From Carpediemonas membranifera BICM (Eukaryota > Protista > Fornicata), in assembly GCA_019828565.1 (NCBI GenBank), contig JAHDYR010000012.1, positions 1,810,946 through 1,872,840 on the forward strand: a DNA stretch of 61,895 bases, given 5' to 3'. This document shows, in pieces, positions 22,982-34,608 of this stretch. Numbering within the stretch: the stretch's first letter is position 1; each line of letters starts with the position of its first letter. The notes below the pieces were generated by a model. It worked only from the letters and a program-made list of their open reading frames with translations, searched no databases and was not told the DNA's origin. Both the position numbers and the translations under genes were made by a program.

Positions 22982-23989
22982 ATGTCAGAATACGTCAAAC
23001 TACCACAACTGAAGAACAATATGATCGCGCCGATCCCTCAGTCTGCTGAACTTATGGACATGAGCCTTCCAACTCATCCCTTGGGCCCCAAGTTGCCTTA
23101 CGACCAGTTATATAGCACCGTGCCATCTATGTCTGCTATACGGGCTCGTCGGCTGCGAGAAATCGCCGGAGTATCGACCGACATTGTTAACGCCGACACC
23201 GAGGCTCTCGCTCTCGAGGACGAGGACACCCGTGCCCTTCTACTCGCGTCTGCTGCAGCAGGCCTCCTCGATGCAGCCGATGCGGAAGCGGTAGCCCGGC
23301 TGGACGACCCAGTTGCACGCCACAGCCATGATAACGTCCCCAGACTCCCCAGCCTCCTCGTCCCGCACGGCGACCTCAGCTCTGCGAACGCCAGGCGTCT
23401 TTCAATCGACCCTCGTACCGCACGGAAGATCGATGACGCCATTTTCAGCCGCCGTCGCCGCCACCTCAAGCCCTCGTCGCAGGGCGCCTCCACCGCGCCA
23501 GCTGTTGGATCCCGCCTCGGAACGATGTCGGGCAGCGACTCTGCCACTATGAGTGAGGACGAGGACGACGTCGGCCCGATCCCACAGCGCATTGACCGCG
23601 TGCCGGTGCTCGCCCCGAGGCGGGAGAGCCGCATGTCCATAAGCGACATGGCCCACACCAGCGCCCTCATGAGCAGCAGGTTCAGAGCCAGGCGTGTTGA
23701 GGGGCCCTCGTTCGCTGCGCCACGTCGTCCACCCTCTTCAGTATCGATTGCCCGCCACCTGAGGGTGTTGGGAGGCGGCACCGCACAGCCGCAGGATGTT
23801 TCATCCCTCAAGGAGAATACTGTGCCGTTTGTCACCCGGGAGATGAAGGATGGACAGCATAACCCGGTGCCCAAGGGCCTCGGGGCGTGGTATCTGCCTG
23901 TGTCCTTCTGGGGCGAGGGGCGGCGGCGGATGAAGAGCGCAGCCAAGGAAATGGAGGACGCCGTCATGCAGCTTTCGTTGGCCGAGTGA
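22982..23989 (+). CDS. Host hypothetical protein with a GAWYLPxxxW motif (weakly FAM47-like); possibly continues after an intron
   Basis: 335-aa ATG-started ORF; the stop overlaps a GTGAG donor-like sequence. Confidence 0.55.
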   Translation: MSEYVKLPQLKNNMIAPIPQSAELMDMSLPTHPLGPKLPYDQLYSTVPSMSAIRARRLREIAGVSTDIVNADTEALALEDEDTRALLLASAAAGLLDAADAEAVARLDDPVARHSHDNVPRLPSLLVPHGDLSSANARRLSIDPRTARKIDDAIFSRRRRHLKPSSQGASTAPAVGSRLGTMSGSDSATMSEDEDDVGPIPQRIDRVPVLAPRRESRMSISDMAHTSALMSSRFRARRVEGPSFAAPRRPPSSVSIARHLRVLGGGTAQPQDVSSLKENTVPFVTREMKDGQHNPVPKGLGAWYLPVSFWGEGRRRMKSAAKEMEDAVMQLSLAE

Positions 23990-24126
23990 GCGATGGATGC
24001 GATCGCTCTTTGAGGGCGATGATTATTTTACTGCGTCTCATGCTTGCCTGGACGGCCGTGAGCGATGTATAAACAGTGTACAAGGGTTGCTAAATGAAGG
24101 GTTGACACGCTTTTAGGTGATGAGGC

Positions 24127-24770
24127 TCATCCTCGAGGGCGCAGACTTGCACCTCCTGCCATGACTTCACGAACTCGTCCGGGCCGATGGGGACCCCAAC
24201 GACTGCCCTGTCTGTGATCTCGACAGGTCCGTGGTCGGTGGTCACTGCTGCGGGGTCGGCGCAGAGTGCATTCGTCTTCCTCGAGTTGAGGCTGAGTCCG
24301 AGCCTCGCCGTCTTCAGCCGCTCGATCTAGTCTGCAATGTGGTTCGGGTCGACCACCATGCAGCACAGGTCGTCCAGGTATGCCTGCCGCTCGATGTCCG
24401 ACATGTCTACAGCCGTCTCCTCGGTGATGATGTCGATATCGAGGATGACCCGCATGGTGGGGCTGAAGAAGAAGGGGTCCTAGAGGGTTCCCCTGCTGCA
24501 CACCAGTCTTCGATGCCGCCGCCATGACCCTGCCTGACGGGTGTTCGTACAGGAGGGGGGCCGACCGTTAATAGTACAGGTCGAAGTACGGCAGAAGGAG
24601 GGGGTACACCTGCCTGACCATGTCCCGGATCGGCTCCCTCGAGACGGAGTTGAATGCGTTTGTGAAGTCCGCCGGGAGGATGAACTTCTCTTCAGCGTAC
24701 ACTTTCTGGACCAGGTCGACGATCCTCTTGATGCCGCAGTTAGTCCTCCGAGATCCACGTTCTTATAGCG
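24127..24770 (-). pseudogene. CRE/SLACS-type reverse transcriptase fragment
   Basis: Across frames: ADFTNAFNSVSR, GVQQGNPLGPLL and AYLDD; contains stop and frameshift. Confidence 0.8.
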
Positions 24771-24922
24771 CGGAAAGAGGCCGTAATTCCGGCCAGCTGC
24801 TGAGGGACGGGGGGGTTTGGTCCCCAAACGGCGAGTGATGGCCGCGATGGCCTCCATCTGCAGCTGGATAGTCGATACTTTCGTTGAATTCATCATTTGG
24901 GCTGACACAATTATCAAGGCGA

Positions 24923-26199
24923 ATGGCCGAAGAAAAGATTGAGGCGCTTTCTGGCTGGGATTCAAGCCGTCCAAGGCGAAATATTGCAATGAAAGTCTCA
25001 TATGTCGGCGCTAAATACGGAGGCTTCAGCCTGCAACCGCACGACGACAATACTGTTGAATATCATCTATTTAAGGCTCTTCGGAGAACAAGACTCATGA
25101 ACATGGTAGAACTCAGTGGATACTGTCGTGCAGGCCGCACAGACCGCGGTGTCTCTGCCGTGGGCAACGTCATCTCGCTGTTTCTCCGCACAAACCAAGA
25201 CCCAGCCCGCGAGTTCGGCGGCAAGGCGCCCTCAGAAGACGACATGCCGAGCGTATCACCCAACGCCGTTCTTGACCAAGAGGAGGCCCGTGCTGCCGAC
25301 CACACTGTGGATGAGACTGAAGATGTCAAGGAGCTCGACAACGCCAACATGCTCAACAACGTCCTCCCCGCGGACATCAGGGTCAAGCAGTGGGCCCCGG
25401 TCCCCGTGACATTCAATGCCCGGTTCTGTGCGACGTGGCGGGAGTACCGGTACTACTTCCTGCCGGGTAACCTGGATCACGGGGAAATGGCTCAGGCCGC
25501 CAAGTACTTCGAGGGCTACCACGACTTCACTGCTTTCTGCAAGATGGACGTCACTCACGTCCACAACTTTTACCAAGGTGCTCGAGACTGAAATCATCAC
25601 CGCGCCGCAGCTCGGTTGACGGCCTAGCGTCGCAGCCAAAGGACGGCGCCGGCCTGACCCCCCAGTCGTCCCAGTCGTACTTCCGGGTGCGGGGCCACGC
25701 CTTCCTGTGGCACCAGGTGCGAGCCATGGCGGCGGTGCTCTTCACAGTCGGGCAGGGGCTCGAAGAGCCGGAGGTTGTTCAGCGCATGCTGGCAAGAGAC
25801 CCTGGGTTTGACAGAAAGCCGAACTATGCACTTGCTGACGACTTGCCACTCTGCCTGATGGACGTGGGGTTCGATAGCCCCGTGATGTGGCGTGCCTCTC
25901 CCGAATGCCAGTCCAAACTCAGAGCTCAGGTCCTAAAACTGCATAGCGACTTTGCCACCCAAGCTTCTGTGACAGCAGCGATCGTCGAGGATGTCACAGG
26001 TGAGCCAGTCCAGACCAAGCCATGGTTCCACCCAGCGCTGTTCCCGATGAAGAACGGCAAGCTGGTCTACGTGTCCGACGGCGATAAGAAGTACGTCCCC
26101 CTGTCCAAGCGGAAGGGGGAGCCGACGTACGGGGAGAGGATCAAGGCGCTCGAGGCGAGGAAGCGGAAGGCTGGGGAGATGGAGCAGGCGGAGGACTAG
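24923..26199 (+). CDS. PUS3: tRNA pseudouridine(38/39) synthase, TruA family (apparent frameshifts at ~25570-25620)
   Basis: KVSYVGAKYGGF, AGRTDRGVSA, LNNVLPADIRV, FNARF, HDFTAFCKMD, GHAFLWHQVRAM, KPNYALA. Confidence 0.9.
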
Positions 26200-26299
26200 G
26201 GTAAACTTATGCGGTCGGGGCGGGGGCAGTGGCCATGCGAGTATGGTTCGGAGTTGCCCATTCCAGTGATGGCCGACTCGAGGTCAAAGCTGGAGTCAA

Positions 26300-26680
26300 T
26301 CATCGCTTTCTCGTCCAGGGTCTGCCTGGTCGACTGCTCCAGGCTGGCTGCGGTCTTGATGAAGGCCTTGAAGGCGGGGCTCTCCAGGGCAGCGAAGGAG
26401 ACATCGTCCTTAGCGACCCATGTGACAGCCGCGTCGATCACGGCCTTGTTGGCCTTCTTCGTGTACAATGTCTGCGCGATGGACTTGCGCTTGCCGATCT
26501 CAGCTACGTGGCTGGTTGTCAGCGTTGAGATGCCCTTGGACTGCACGACACGGTGCTGGCGCTTGATGGTCACGCCCGACTTGGTCGACTGGGCCTGCTC
26601 GATACAGTCGTTAAAAGTAAATCGCTTGACTTTATCGTGGGCCATGATGCCCCTGGCTCTCTCAATGGCATGTGTTTAAT
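26300..26680 (-). pseudogene. hAT-type transposase fragment (Hermes DNA-binding-like region)
   Basis: AAVTWVAKDDVSFAALESPAFKAFIK resembles the hAT D.xPFxxVExxxF motif; no catalytic domain seen. Confidence 0.55.
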
Positions 26681-26895
26681 ACCCACACGCCGAGTGGTAA
26701 GGTAATGATGATTTGTTTCTGAGTTGTCACCAATATCGTCGACTCTTTTCCCATCCAAGCCCAAATAGACTATACACGCGGTCTTGATCAGGGCGGAGCG
26801 CCAGGCATGTATCTGATAGATTCTCAAAATATGATCGTGATTGGAAGGTCAAGCTTGGTCAACGGCTTAGATCTTCATGCAACCAATACCATCCG

Positions 26896-28224
26896 ATGAA
26901 GCTTCTTGCGCTCCTGTGCCTGTTTGCCGTGATCATCGCGATCCCGGTGAACGTGATGCTTCCTCTGGATCTTGTCAACTCCGATGGAAGCCTCAAGAAT
27001 CCTTCCAACCTTAAGTCTCAGCTTCAGAAGCTGAAGTCTGTCAACACCGACGGTGTTATGACCGATGTTTGGTGGGGTATCGTCGAGTATCAGCCCGGTA
27101 AGTACAACTGGGAAGGCTACCTCGATCTCGCCGAGATGTGCGAGGAGATTGGCCTCAAGCTTCAGTTTGTCATGAGCTTCCACCAGTGCGGCGGCAACGT
27201 TGGCGACACTGTCAACATCCCCATCCCCTCCTTCGTTCGCTCCGTCGCTCACGCCGAGGGACTGCTCTACAAGGACCACGACGGGCACGAGGACGAGGAG
27301 TATCTGTCCCTCTCCGCTGACCACCAGGCCGTCTTCCCCGGCGCCAATGGCCAGAAACGGACTGCTGTCCAGATGTACAGCGATTACATGTCGTCCCTTG
27401 CTGCTGCCTTCAATCAGTACCTCGCTTCGGGCACCCTCAACGAGATCGAGGTCGGCATGGGTCCCGCCGGCGAGCTGCGCTACCCCGGCTACCAGCAGAA
27501 GTACTGGTCCTACCCTGGCATCGGCGAGTTCCAGTGCTTCGACAAGTACCTCCTTGCCGACTTCGTAACTGCAGCCAAGGCTGCGGGACACCCCGAGTGG
27601 AACTCACCCCCGAACGACGCCGGCAACTACAACAGCTGGCCCTCTAGCACCAGCTTCTTCCAGGGCGGCTACACATCGACGTACGGCCGCTTCTTCCAGA
27701 CGTGGTACTCTGACCGTCTCGTCGGTCACGGCCGCGACGTCCTCAAGGTTGCCAAGGCCGCCTTTTCCAATGCCCCCAACTCTCTCGTGGTCTCCGGCAA
27801 GGTCTCCGGCATCCACTGGTGGTACGGCGACGCCTCCCACGCTGCCGAGATGACCACGGGCTACTACAACACTGACGGCCACGACACTTATCTCGACATC
27901 TCGAAGATGATGGCCGACCTCGGCTGCGACCTCATCTTCACCTGCCTCGAGATGAGGGACGGCGACAACAACCCGCCCTACTCCCGGCCCTACTCCCTGG
28001 TCGAGCAGGTCGAGTATGACGCGAAGAAGGCCGGGATCGCATTTAGTGGGGAGAACGCGCTGCCCATCAACTCGTGGTACCAGTACCAGACGGTGCTGTC
28101 GCAGGTCAACAACAAGACCAAGAGCCGGTCGTTCACGATGCTCCGCCTGGGCGATGACCTCCTCAACGATGGCCAGAAGTGGGGCTGGTTCCAGCAGTTC
28201 CTCAACCAGATGCACTCCATTTGA
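26896..28224 (+). CDS. Secreted beta-amylase (GH14)
   Basis: Signal peptide; VMLPLD, DVWWGIVE, MSFHQCGGNVGD, GPAGELRYP, KVSGIHWWY, FTCLEM, GENAL. Confidence 0.97.
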   Translation: MKLLALLCLFAVIIAIPVNVMLPLDLVNSDGSLKNPSNLKSQLQKLKSVNTDGVMTDVWWGIVEYQPGKYNWEGYLDLAEMCEEIGLKLQFVMSFHQCGGNVGDTVNIPIPSFVRSVAHAEGLLYKDHDGHEDEEYLSLSADHQAVFPGANGQKRTAVQMYSDYMSSLAAAFNQYLASGTLNEIEVGMGPAGELRYPGYQQKYWSYPGIGEFQCFDKYLLADFVTAAKAAGHPEWNSPPNDAGNYNSWPSSTSFFQGGYTSTYGRFFQTWYSDRLVGHGRDVLKVAKAAFSNAPNSLVVSGKVSGIHWWYGDASHAAEMTTGYYNTDGHDTYLDISKMMADLGCDLIFTCLEMRDGDNNPPYSRPYSLVEQVEYDAKKAGIAFSGENALPINSWYQYQTVLSQVNNKTKSRSFTMLRLGDDLLNDGQKWGWFQQFLNQMHSI

Positions 28225-28979
28225 GGACTGGTTTAAACTACTTTCTGTCTGGTGGTTTATATATTTACGGATTATGATCGGGATGACTGGCAGGGCAGGC
28301 TAACCACGCTGCCAGGCTTCGGCATATTCTCGAAAGACAGGGTCTCGCACACCTGGTCCCTCCCGAGCCAGCCGCCTCGACTCTGACTGAGTTTACCTCG
28401 GTTCGTGCTGCTAGCCGCTGTAGGGATGCCGAGCACGAGATGGAGACCGGCTACCGTGCCCGCGAACACGAGGCGTCTCGCCCTAGTGGGTTGACCCGCT
28501 CGGCCGTGAGCCACAGCCGCATGACGAGCAGGGACCTATCACCCGCCCTCGGCAGCCCGCACGCCGGGCTATTTGTAAGAATATAATAAATTGCTTTGGA
28601 TGTTGTTTAATGGATGGGTATGTACTGGTGACACTGGGCCATGTCTGTCTGAGTGCTCAGCCGGTCATGAGCGCTGGAGGTGACCTTGACGGAACTTGAT
28701 GGGGCGCGAATGATGACATGCTGCTGGCGTGGGGCTGTAATTCCACCTGAAGACCGTCAGATGCCTCCCATGCTGCCATGGCCGTCGACACCCGACTTCT
28801 CGAGGGTGATGGCGGGCTCGACTCGGCCTGAAGTCGGGGTCCGGAACGGACGAATGTCGGGCGACGAAGAGTCGTTAGAGCGCCGTTTCAATGGCGAAAA
28901 GCTGGCGGAATACCTTATCAATCTCTTACTAAGCTTGTTGCCACTATGAAATGCTTACACAGCGTCGCCACATCCGCAC

Positions 28980-29664
28980 ATGGTCAAATCGAAAGCCCTG
29001 AGCAAGGGTTTGTATGATTCAGCTCTTTTATGCAGTCCTAGCCACTGATCCGGCGATACAAACACTCAAGGCATCACAAAAGACGGCGTTGACACAACAA
29101 ATATTTGAAACGGCCAAGACGAAGGCCAGCGAGCTTGAAATGGAGCTTAAGACTGGCACCGTGAAGGGCCAAGAGACACTGATCCTTGTCGATGACCCTC
29201 AAGGCCAGTACCAGACGTTCAAGAAGCGGATGGACTTGCGGAACAAGGCAGTCGTCGCCGAGGACAACACTGATCGTCTCAAGCCCAACAAGATCGCCCT
29301 GTTCCCCACGATCAGACACATGGAAGGCGCTCTAGTGATGCTGTACATAGCCATGGAGCGCGTAGGCCCGACTGTCGCCTGCGACTCCCTTGTAACCCAG
29401 CTCAGCATCGTACGTCCCAGTGGTATGCCCCCTGATCGTACGGTCGAGGGATACTGGCTCGAGGCGATTCAGTTCTTCATCAGGGCAGGGTATTTGACGA
29501 AATCAAACGTCCATCGTGCTGGTGTGCATGAAGCCTTTGACGTTGAAATTAGCCCAGCTCTCACTGCAATGGCCGACAGAAAGGAGGCATGGCGGGTGTT
29601 CACGGCCGAGGAGGAGGGCTGGGAGCAAGTGATGGAGACTGAATGGGAACGGATGGCGAATTGA
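28980..29664 (+). CDS. MAGE/Nse3-like winged-helix protein (putative; predicted 28-nt intron at 29008-29035; true start may be further upstream)
   Basis: QIFETAKTKASELEMELK..LILV, GALVMLYIAM..G..DSLVTQL and FFIRAGYL resemble the MAGE homology domain; removing GT..GCAG at 29008-29035 joins the upstream ATG in frame. Confidence 0.5.
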
Positions 29665-29765
29665 GCGATTTACTGCTGTTATCGTTCGAAAAAGTAAACA
29701 CGGATTGAGTGTTCGTAAACGGAGTTTGAGAACAAAACTTGATCGTTTAGCGGCCTATAGAAGCA

Positions 29766-31658
29766 ATGAAGCCAGTTGGTCGAGCGAATCTAGAGCTTGG
29801 AGCTAAGTTGAACCCACAGGCGACGCATGGTTTGCGGAAGTCCCGGAGTAATGATCTATTGCGGCTCGAAGAGATGCGAGGCTCTAGAAGAACGGATATG
29901 CGCCCCCGGAGCGGACGTCCACAGTCCAGCCTGCTTCTATCACGCGTCCCAAAGTCCATGAGCATACAGGGCTCTGCAGTAACGCAGATACAGCACCCGC
30001 ATGAGCTTGAGCGCACAGAGGTTGTGAAGAAGTCGCGCCTGACGTCAATGGCGGAGAAGTACATCTCCCACGTCGGTACTGTGGATGATAACACGCTCGT
30101 TCTCAAACGTACCTCTGTCCAGCGGAACCTTTCGCCCGATAAGGTCAACCTCGACAAGCAGGGCCTCACGAACGTGCCCATCTTCCAGGGCGAACGCCCG
30201 CTGCGCCTACTCAACCTCCAGAACAACCAGATCCGCGTTATATCCAATCTCCACCTCCTGACCTCCCTTATTTTCCTCGATCTTTATGGCAACAAGATCG
30301 AGCAAATATCCGGCCTCGAATCTGTTCCTGGTCTACGGATCCTCATGCTTGGACGTAATCAGCTGACTAAAATCAGCGGGCTCGAGGCACTGAACGATCT
30401 AGACGTCCTCGACCTTCACTCGAACGCTATCGAGGAGATCGACGGCATATCACATCTCAGACACTTGCGGGTGCTCAATCTAGCAGATAACAAGATCTCC
30501 TCGGTGAAAATCTCGAGCGGATTGGCCTCCCTGACCGAGCTAAACCTCCGCAGGAACAGTATCCGGGTTGTCCATGGTTTCGGCCAGCTCCGTGCCCTCC
30601 AGCGTCTATATCTTTCCAATAACTCGCTAGACACCCTAGACACCCTGCCTGCCGTGTGTGAGGCGCCCCAGCTGCTCGAGCTGACCGTTGATGGCAACAC
30701 TGTCACGGAGCTTCCTGACTATGTGGGTACAGTACTGTCGAGAGCACCAAAGCTGAAACAGTTGGATCAAATCAAGATCACCGCGAAGGTCAGGACGGAC
30801 GTGCGGGCCCAGAAACTAGTCCAGAAGCCGAGTCGGTCAGTGGTTGCCGAGTACGAGGACAGACGGCCCAAGACAAGGTCGGCCGCGCACGGGGAGGACG
30901 CCCCGCCCACCCCAGGACGGGAGGCGAAGGCCACAGCCTCACCCACGATCAAGCAGACTGAGAAAGCCAACGGGTATACTCTTCAGGACGATGGTAAGAC
31001 GCTAGTCTGTCGTGGAGCAGGTGTTTCAGCTCTCATGGGCAAGATGCCGGTCGGGTTCGAGGGTGTAAGCACGGTGGTGCTGAGAAACTGCCCGATTCCC
31101 GGCGACGTCACCGACAGCAAGCTCATGCATCGCGTGTTGGCTTTGAAACTCAGCGACTGCCCGATACACGACTTGGCTGATTTGAATCCGTTCACGACTC
31201 TAACCCGGCTAACTTCGTTGGAGGTGCGGAACTGCCCGATCACCACATCAGCGCTCCTCTTCCCCTACGTTTCATTCGTCTTTCCCCGACTGAACATGTT
31301 CAACGAGAAGCCTGTGCTGACTGCAGACAGACACCACGCGGCCTCGCTGTTCGCTGGAATCACGAACGGGCTGAGCAACTACACCATTGCACACATGCCG
31401 CCCACGCCACAGGCAGCGGCCTTGGCTCCGTTCATCGCTGCTGCTTCTGGGTCAAAAGCCAGCAGCGGGAAGCACTCTGCGAGGGGCAGGAGAACTGAAC
31501 CACAAGGCAAGATCACTAGACCGGGTTTGAATGGCGAGAAGATCCTTGACGCCGCAGTCCAGCGGGCAACAAAGCAGGATGTTTACCTGGGCGAATGGCC
31601 TCATCTTGTCATGCAGATTGTCGCCCAGACCATGGGTGAAGTCTCCACGGAAAGTTGA
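29766..31658 (+). CDS. LRRC49: Leucine-rich repeat protein 49-like (tubulin polyglutamylase complex subunit)
   Basis: SDS22-type LRR array LRLLNLQNNQI..LIFLDLYGNKI..LRILMLGRN..LDVLDLHSN..LRVLNLADN..LTELNLRRN closely follows LRRC49. Confidence 0.8.
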   Translation: MKPVGRANLELGAKLNPQATHGLRKSRSNDLLRLEEMRGSRRTDMRPRSGRPQSSLLLSRVPKSMSIQGSAVTQIQHPHELERTEVVKKSRLTSMAEKYISHVGTVDDNTLVLKRTSVQRNLSPDKVNLDKQGLTNVPIFQGERPLRLLNLQNNQIRVISNLHLLTSLIFLDLYGNKIEQISGLESVPGLRILMLGRNQLTKISGLEALNDLDVLDLHSNAIEEIDGISHLRHLRVLNLADNKISSVKISSGLASLTELNLRRNSIRVVHGFGQLRALQRLYLSNNSLDTLDTLPAVCEAPQLLELTVDGNTVTELPDYVGTVLSRAPKLKQLDQIKITAKVRTDVRAQKLVQKPSRSVVAEYEDRRPKTRSAAHGEDAPPTPGREAKATASPTIKQTEKANGYTLQDDGKTLVCRGAGVSALMGKMPVGFEGVSTVVLRNCPIPGDVTDSKLMHRVLALKLSDCPIHDLADLNPFTTLTRLTSLEVRNCPITTSALLFPYVSFVFPRLNMFNEKPVLTADRHHAASLFAGITNGLSNYTIAHMPPTPQAAALAPFIAAASGSKASSGKHSARGRRTEPQGKITRPGLNGEKILDAAVQRATKQDVYLGEWPHLVMQIVAQTMGEVSTES

Positions 31659-31940
31659 GTGACTCATTTCTGACTGTATCAATACTAATCTGAAGAATTG
31701 TAAATCTCATGGGTCACGCAAGATACCTCCCTTAATTTCTGAGCACTGGGCTCCTGCGTATTTCATATAAACGGTTGTATGTAAATTTTCGTAAATTTAC
31801 GTGGTCGTAGTGCGGAAGGGCCAGCTGCCCTTGGCAGGTAAGGTAAGTCGAGAGATGCATCGGATGGCTCTCATAGCTGTCATTTACGTGATTTACGTGC
31901 GTTTTGAGATACTGGAAGATCAATCCTTGGGAAGCTCGTC

Positions 31941-32522
31941 ATGGCTGAAGAACCAGCGACGCTTGAAGGCGTTCAGAATACGCTGTCCCGGGATCATTTG
32001 CTCCGTTTGCTGTCATTTAGCGGCCGTGTTACTGATTGCGAGTTCCCATTACATCACCCCACGTCATCCGAGATCGTCCTCGCCTTCCTCTGTCTAAGGA
32101 AGGCATTCCTCAGGGAAAACAACCAAAGCAGCATTCGTAGAGCATCGCAAGCCAGTTCTCGCGAGTGTAATACGTCTGAGAGCTACCCGCGTTCCTTCCC
32201 CGACTCCACGGGCGATGAGTACTCCGCGGACCAGGCGCTAATCCAGGATACTAGCAACGCATCCACCACTCCGCCGACCAACCCGCTCGCCAGCAACTCG
32301 TTTGAAGGCTTTGCCGCACTCTCTCGACCCAGCCGCTTTGATGACATCTCGCTGTCGTTCCCGATCCCGGAAGAAGGGTCTGAGGTGCCCTCACTGTTGT
32401 TCGAGTCCGGCGATGACTTGGACACACCCATCATGAGTGCCAGACTCGGGCCAAGCTCGAACAGGTCCTCGCGGTCATTGCTCAGCGAGGCGCTCAACGC
32501 TGCTTTTGAAAGATCGCACTGA
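31941..32522 (+). CDS. Hypothetical Ser-rich protein
   Basis: 193-aa ATG-started ORF. Confidence 0.45.
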   Translation: MAEEPATLEGVQNTLSRDHLLRLLSFSGRVTDCEFPLHHPTSSEIVLAFLCLRKAFLRENNQSSIRRASQASSRECNTSESYPRSFPDSTGDEYSADQALIQDTSNASTTPPTNPLASNSFEGFAALSRPSRFDDISLSFPIPEEGSEVPSLLFESGDDLDTPIMSARLGPSSNRSSRSLLSEALNAAFERSH

Positions 32523-32746
32523 CATTCTCACATCTCTCTGCTGGCTGAGACGCCATTGTACATTTGCGCATATGCAATTCTATTCACATTTCTCATAAAT
32601 TCTGGAAAATGCAGTTTATGGCGACTGGACTCACGGTCCTTGACGATCGCGCGCTTAACCGTCGTCAGGTCCTTGGCCTCGGCACCTCTCTTCTTGACCG
32701 ACTTGGGAGAGAATGTGCGGGCAATGGTGCTCCGTTGGGAGGGCTT

Positions 32747-32894
32747 GAAAGAAAGAAAGAAATTGAGAAATACGATAACTCGCCCCAGAGTCGATTGTGT
32801 AAAAAAAGATGAAGCGGGGCGAGGTCTGGGGCGGTTCGGGGGTGAGAGGCGAACCTGTGGGCGGGCGAGGGGCGTCGCCAGCAAAAAAATCGGA
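32747..32894 (-). mobile_element. Short (CTTT)n-tailed SINE-like element in tandem with the RLE element 3' end
   Basis: (GAAA)n run at 32747-32763; shares TCGATTGT.T with the adjacent RLE 3' UTR; no TSD identified. Confidence 0.4.
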
Positions 32895-33860
32895 GAAAGA
32901 AAGAAAATTTATGAATTTACTCGATTGTATGTAAAACATCGCACATGTCCGCGCTTCAGCCAGTGGGTGGCACCGTAGTGCTTGCCCGTTGACCCTGCCA
33001 CGCGGCGGCAGGTGGGTGGGGAGGGGTGACAACGGACTTTGTCAGTTGGACGAGGCGGTTGGCTCGCTGGAGCTCGTTGCTCTTTCTCAGGAGCCATCCC
33101 ATCAGTCCGATGGCTAGTGCTGAGCGTGCTTGTCTCTCGGTGAAGCAGGTTGCTCCCGTGATGGAGCAGATGTCCTGTCCGACCTCGACCAGCTCTTTGG
33201 CGGCGGCGTCAATGTGTCTGCCCCCTGGGGTGAGGGCTACCACTACTACGTCAACATCGTAGTCCGCGTACTGATCTCGCTTGGTCTGGATGAAAGCCGC
33301 TGAGTCGCGTTTTCCCACAGTCACTTCAATCACGAGCGGGCGTCCATTCCAGAGGAGAGGCTCGTTGATGAGAACATCAGCTTTCGCCTGCTTCACAGGG
33401 TGGGCCAGCTGTCCTTGGGCGGCGCGTCTCGCCAGTCTGTCCTGGACATTCGGTCCTCCCTCCCTCCCTCCGTAAAAATGAGTGCGGGGACCTCGGTGGG
33501 GTCAGTGATGGCGGGCGTCTCTCTGCACCGGTCGCCTCGGGCCGATGCAGGGCAGTTCGAGGCGACTTTTGGCGGTCTTTAAGTGTGGGAGGATGACCCA
33601 ATCGCCGGGGACGACGGTGGCGGTGCCGACTGTCTCGGCTGGGCGTGCTTCGAGGGATTCAAGGTAGCGGGTGCGGGCAGGGGCATCGCGCGGGAGGTCA
33701 CGGAAGGCGGCCGAGGTGAGTCCGGTTACTCTAGAGCGGGTCTTGTTGACGGTGTCTTCCACCTCGGGCAGAAGGCTGCCATGCTTCGGTGTTGCGGACA
33801 TAGGCGATCTCGTTCAGCACTCTCAGTTAAGAGAGAGCGTTTGATCACTCAGCTGACCCA
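32895..33860 (-). mobile_element. 3' fragment of an RLE (restriction-like endonuclease) non-LTR retrotransposon
   Basis: ORF 33396-32956 KADVLI..VIEVTV..KRDQY..VVVALTPGG (PD-(D/E)xK-type); ends in TAAATTTT(CTTT)n. Confidence 0.65.
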
Positions 33861-34095
33861 GAGCCACCGTGAGGCACTTAAAATTGGCCACTAAATCAAA
33901 TATTTTCATCTTTATCACTTTATCACTTCATATTCACAACAGTATCGAAGATTTCAGCACACTCGGCACAGATTTTGGCTGCAACTGTGCTACAATCGAA
34001 AGAAACCTCGCGGATAAACAAATGCGAACTGCAGAACCACGCTTGCATCTGCCGAAGAACTCGTCCGACTGCAGTGCGACAAGCGACTCCAGGAC

Positions 34096-34584
34096 ATGTA
34101 TGCGTCCTTTGGCCTCAAGGAGTCATCGGACCCGTCGCAGGTCGAGCAGCTGGTGGACACGGGGGGCAACCCACTTGCCATTGTCACGATGGAGGGCACG
34201 ATGGGTCCCAACAAGTGGACCAACCTCGGCAAGAGCCTGACAGAGTGCTGTGGGATGATAATGCAAGGCTCTACGTTGATCCGCGTGACCAACCATGGTA
34301 ATAGACTTGATCAGCACGCTCATGGGATGCCTGCTTCCGACAAGAGGAGTGTTGACTCGTTCGTGGAACGCACCCGTGTGTCCGTGCGCCGTGAACGTGC
34401 GGCAAAACGGCCTAACGTCACCCGCATCAGGCAGAAGTTGATGATTATCCGCCATTACAACCTTCGTTCTTTCACGCTGGTCAAAGAGATCAAGGAAACG
34501 AGGACCGAGATGCGTAAGGAGAAGAAAGCCAACTTCTGGGACAGTGAATGGAATATTTCCGTTGAGGATGACGAAGAAGTGTAA
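34096..34584 (+). CDS. Hypothetical protein, convergent with the second H3-mimic-family gene
   Basis: 162-aa ORF whose stop lies in GTAAA; 5' end uncertain. Confidence 0.45.
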   Translation: MYASFGLKESSDPSQVEQLVDTGGNPLAIVTMEGTMGPNKWTNLGKSLTECCGMIMQGSTLIRVTNHGNRLDQHAHGMPASDKRSVDSFVERTRVSVRRERAAKRPNVTRIRQKLMIIRHYNLRSFTLVKEIKETRTEMRKEKKANFWDSEWNISVEDDEEV

Positions 34585-34608
34585 ATGAAATGAAAATAAA
34601 ACAAGAAT

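Noticed and set aside
25560-25690. Intron or split gene in PUS3
   Set aside because: No convincing GT..AG pair restores the frame; small indels explain the break.
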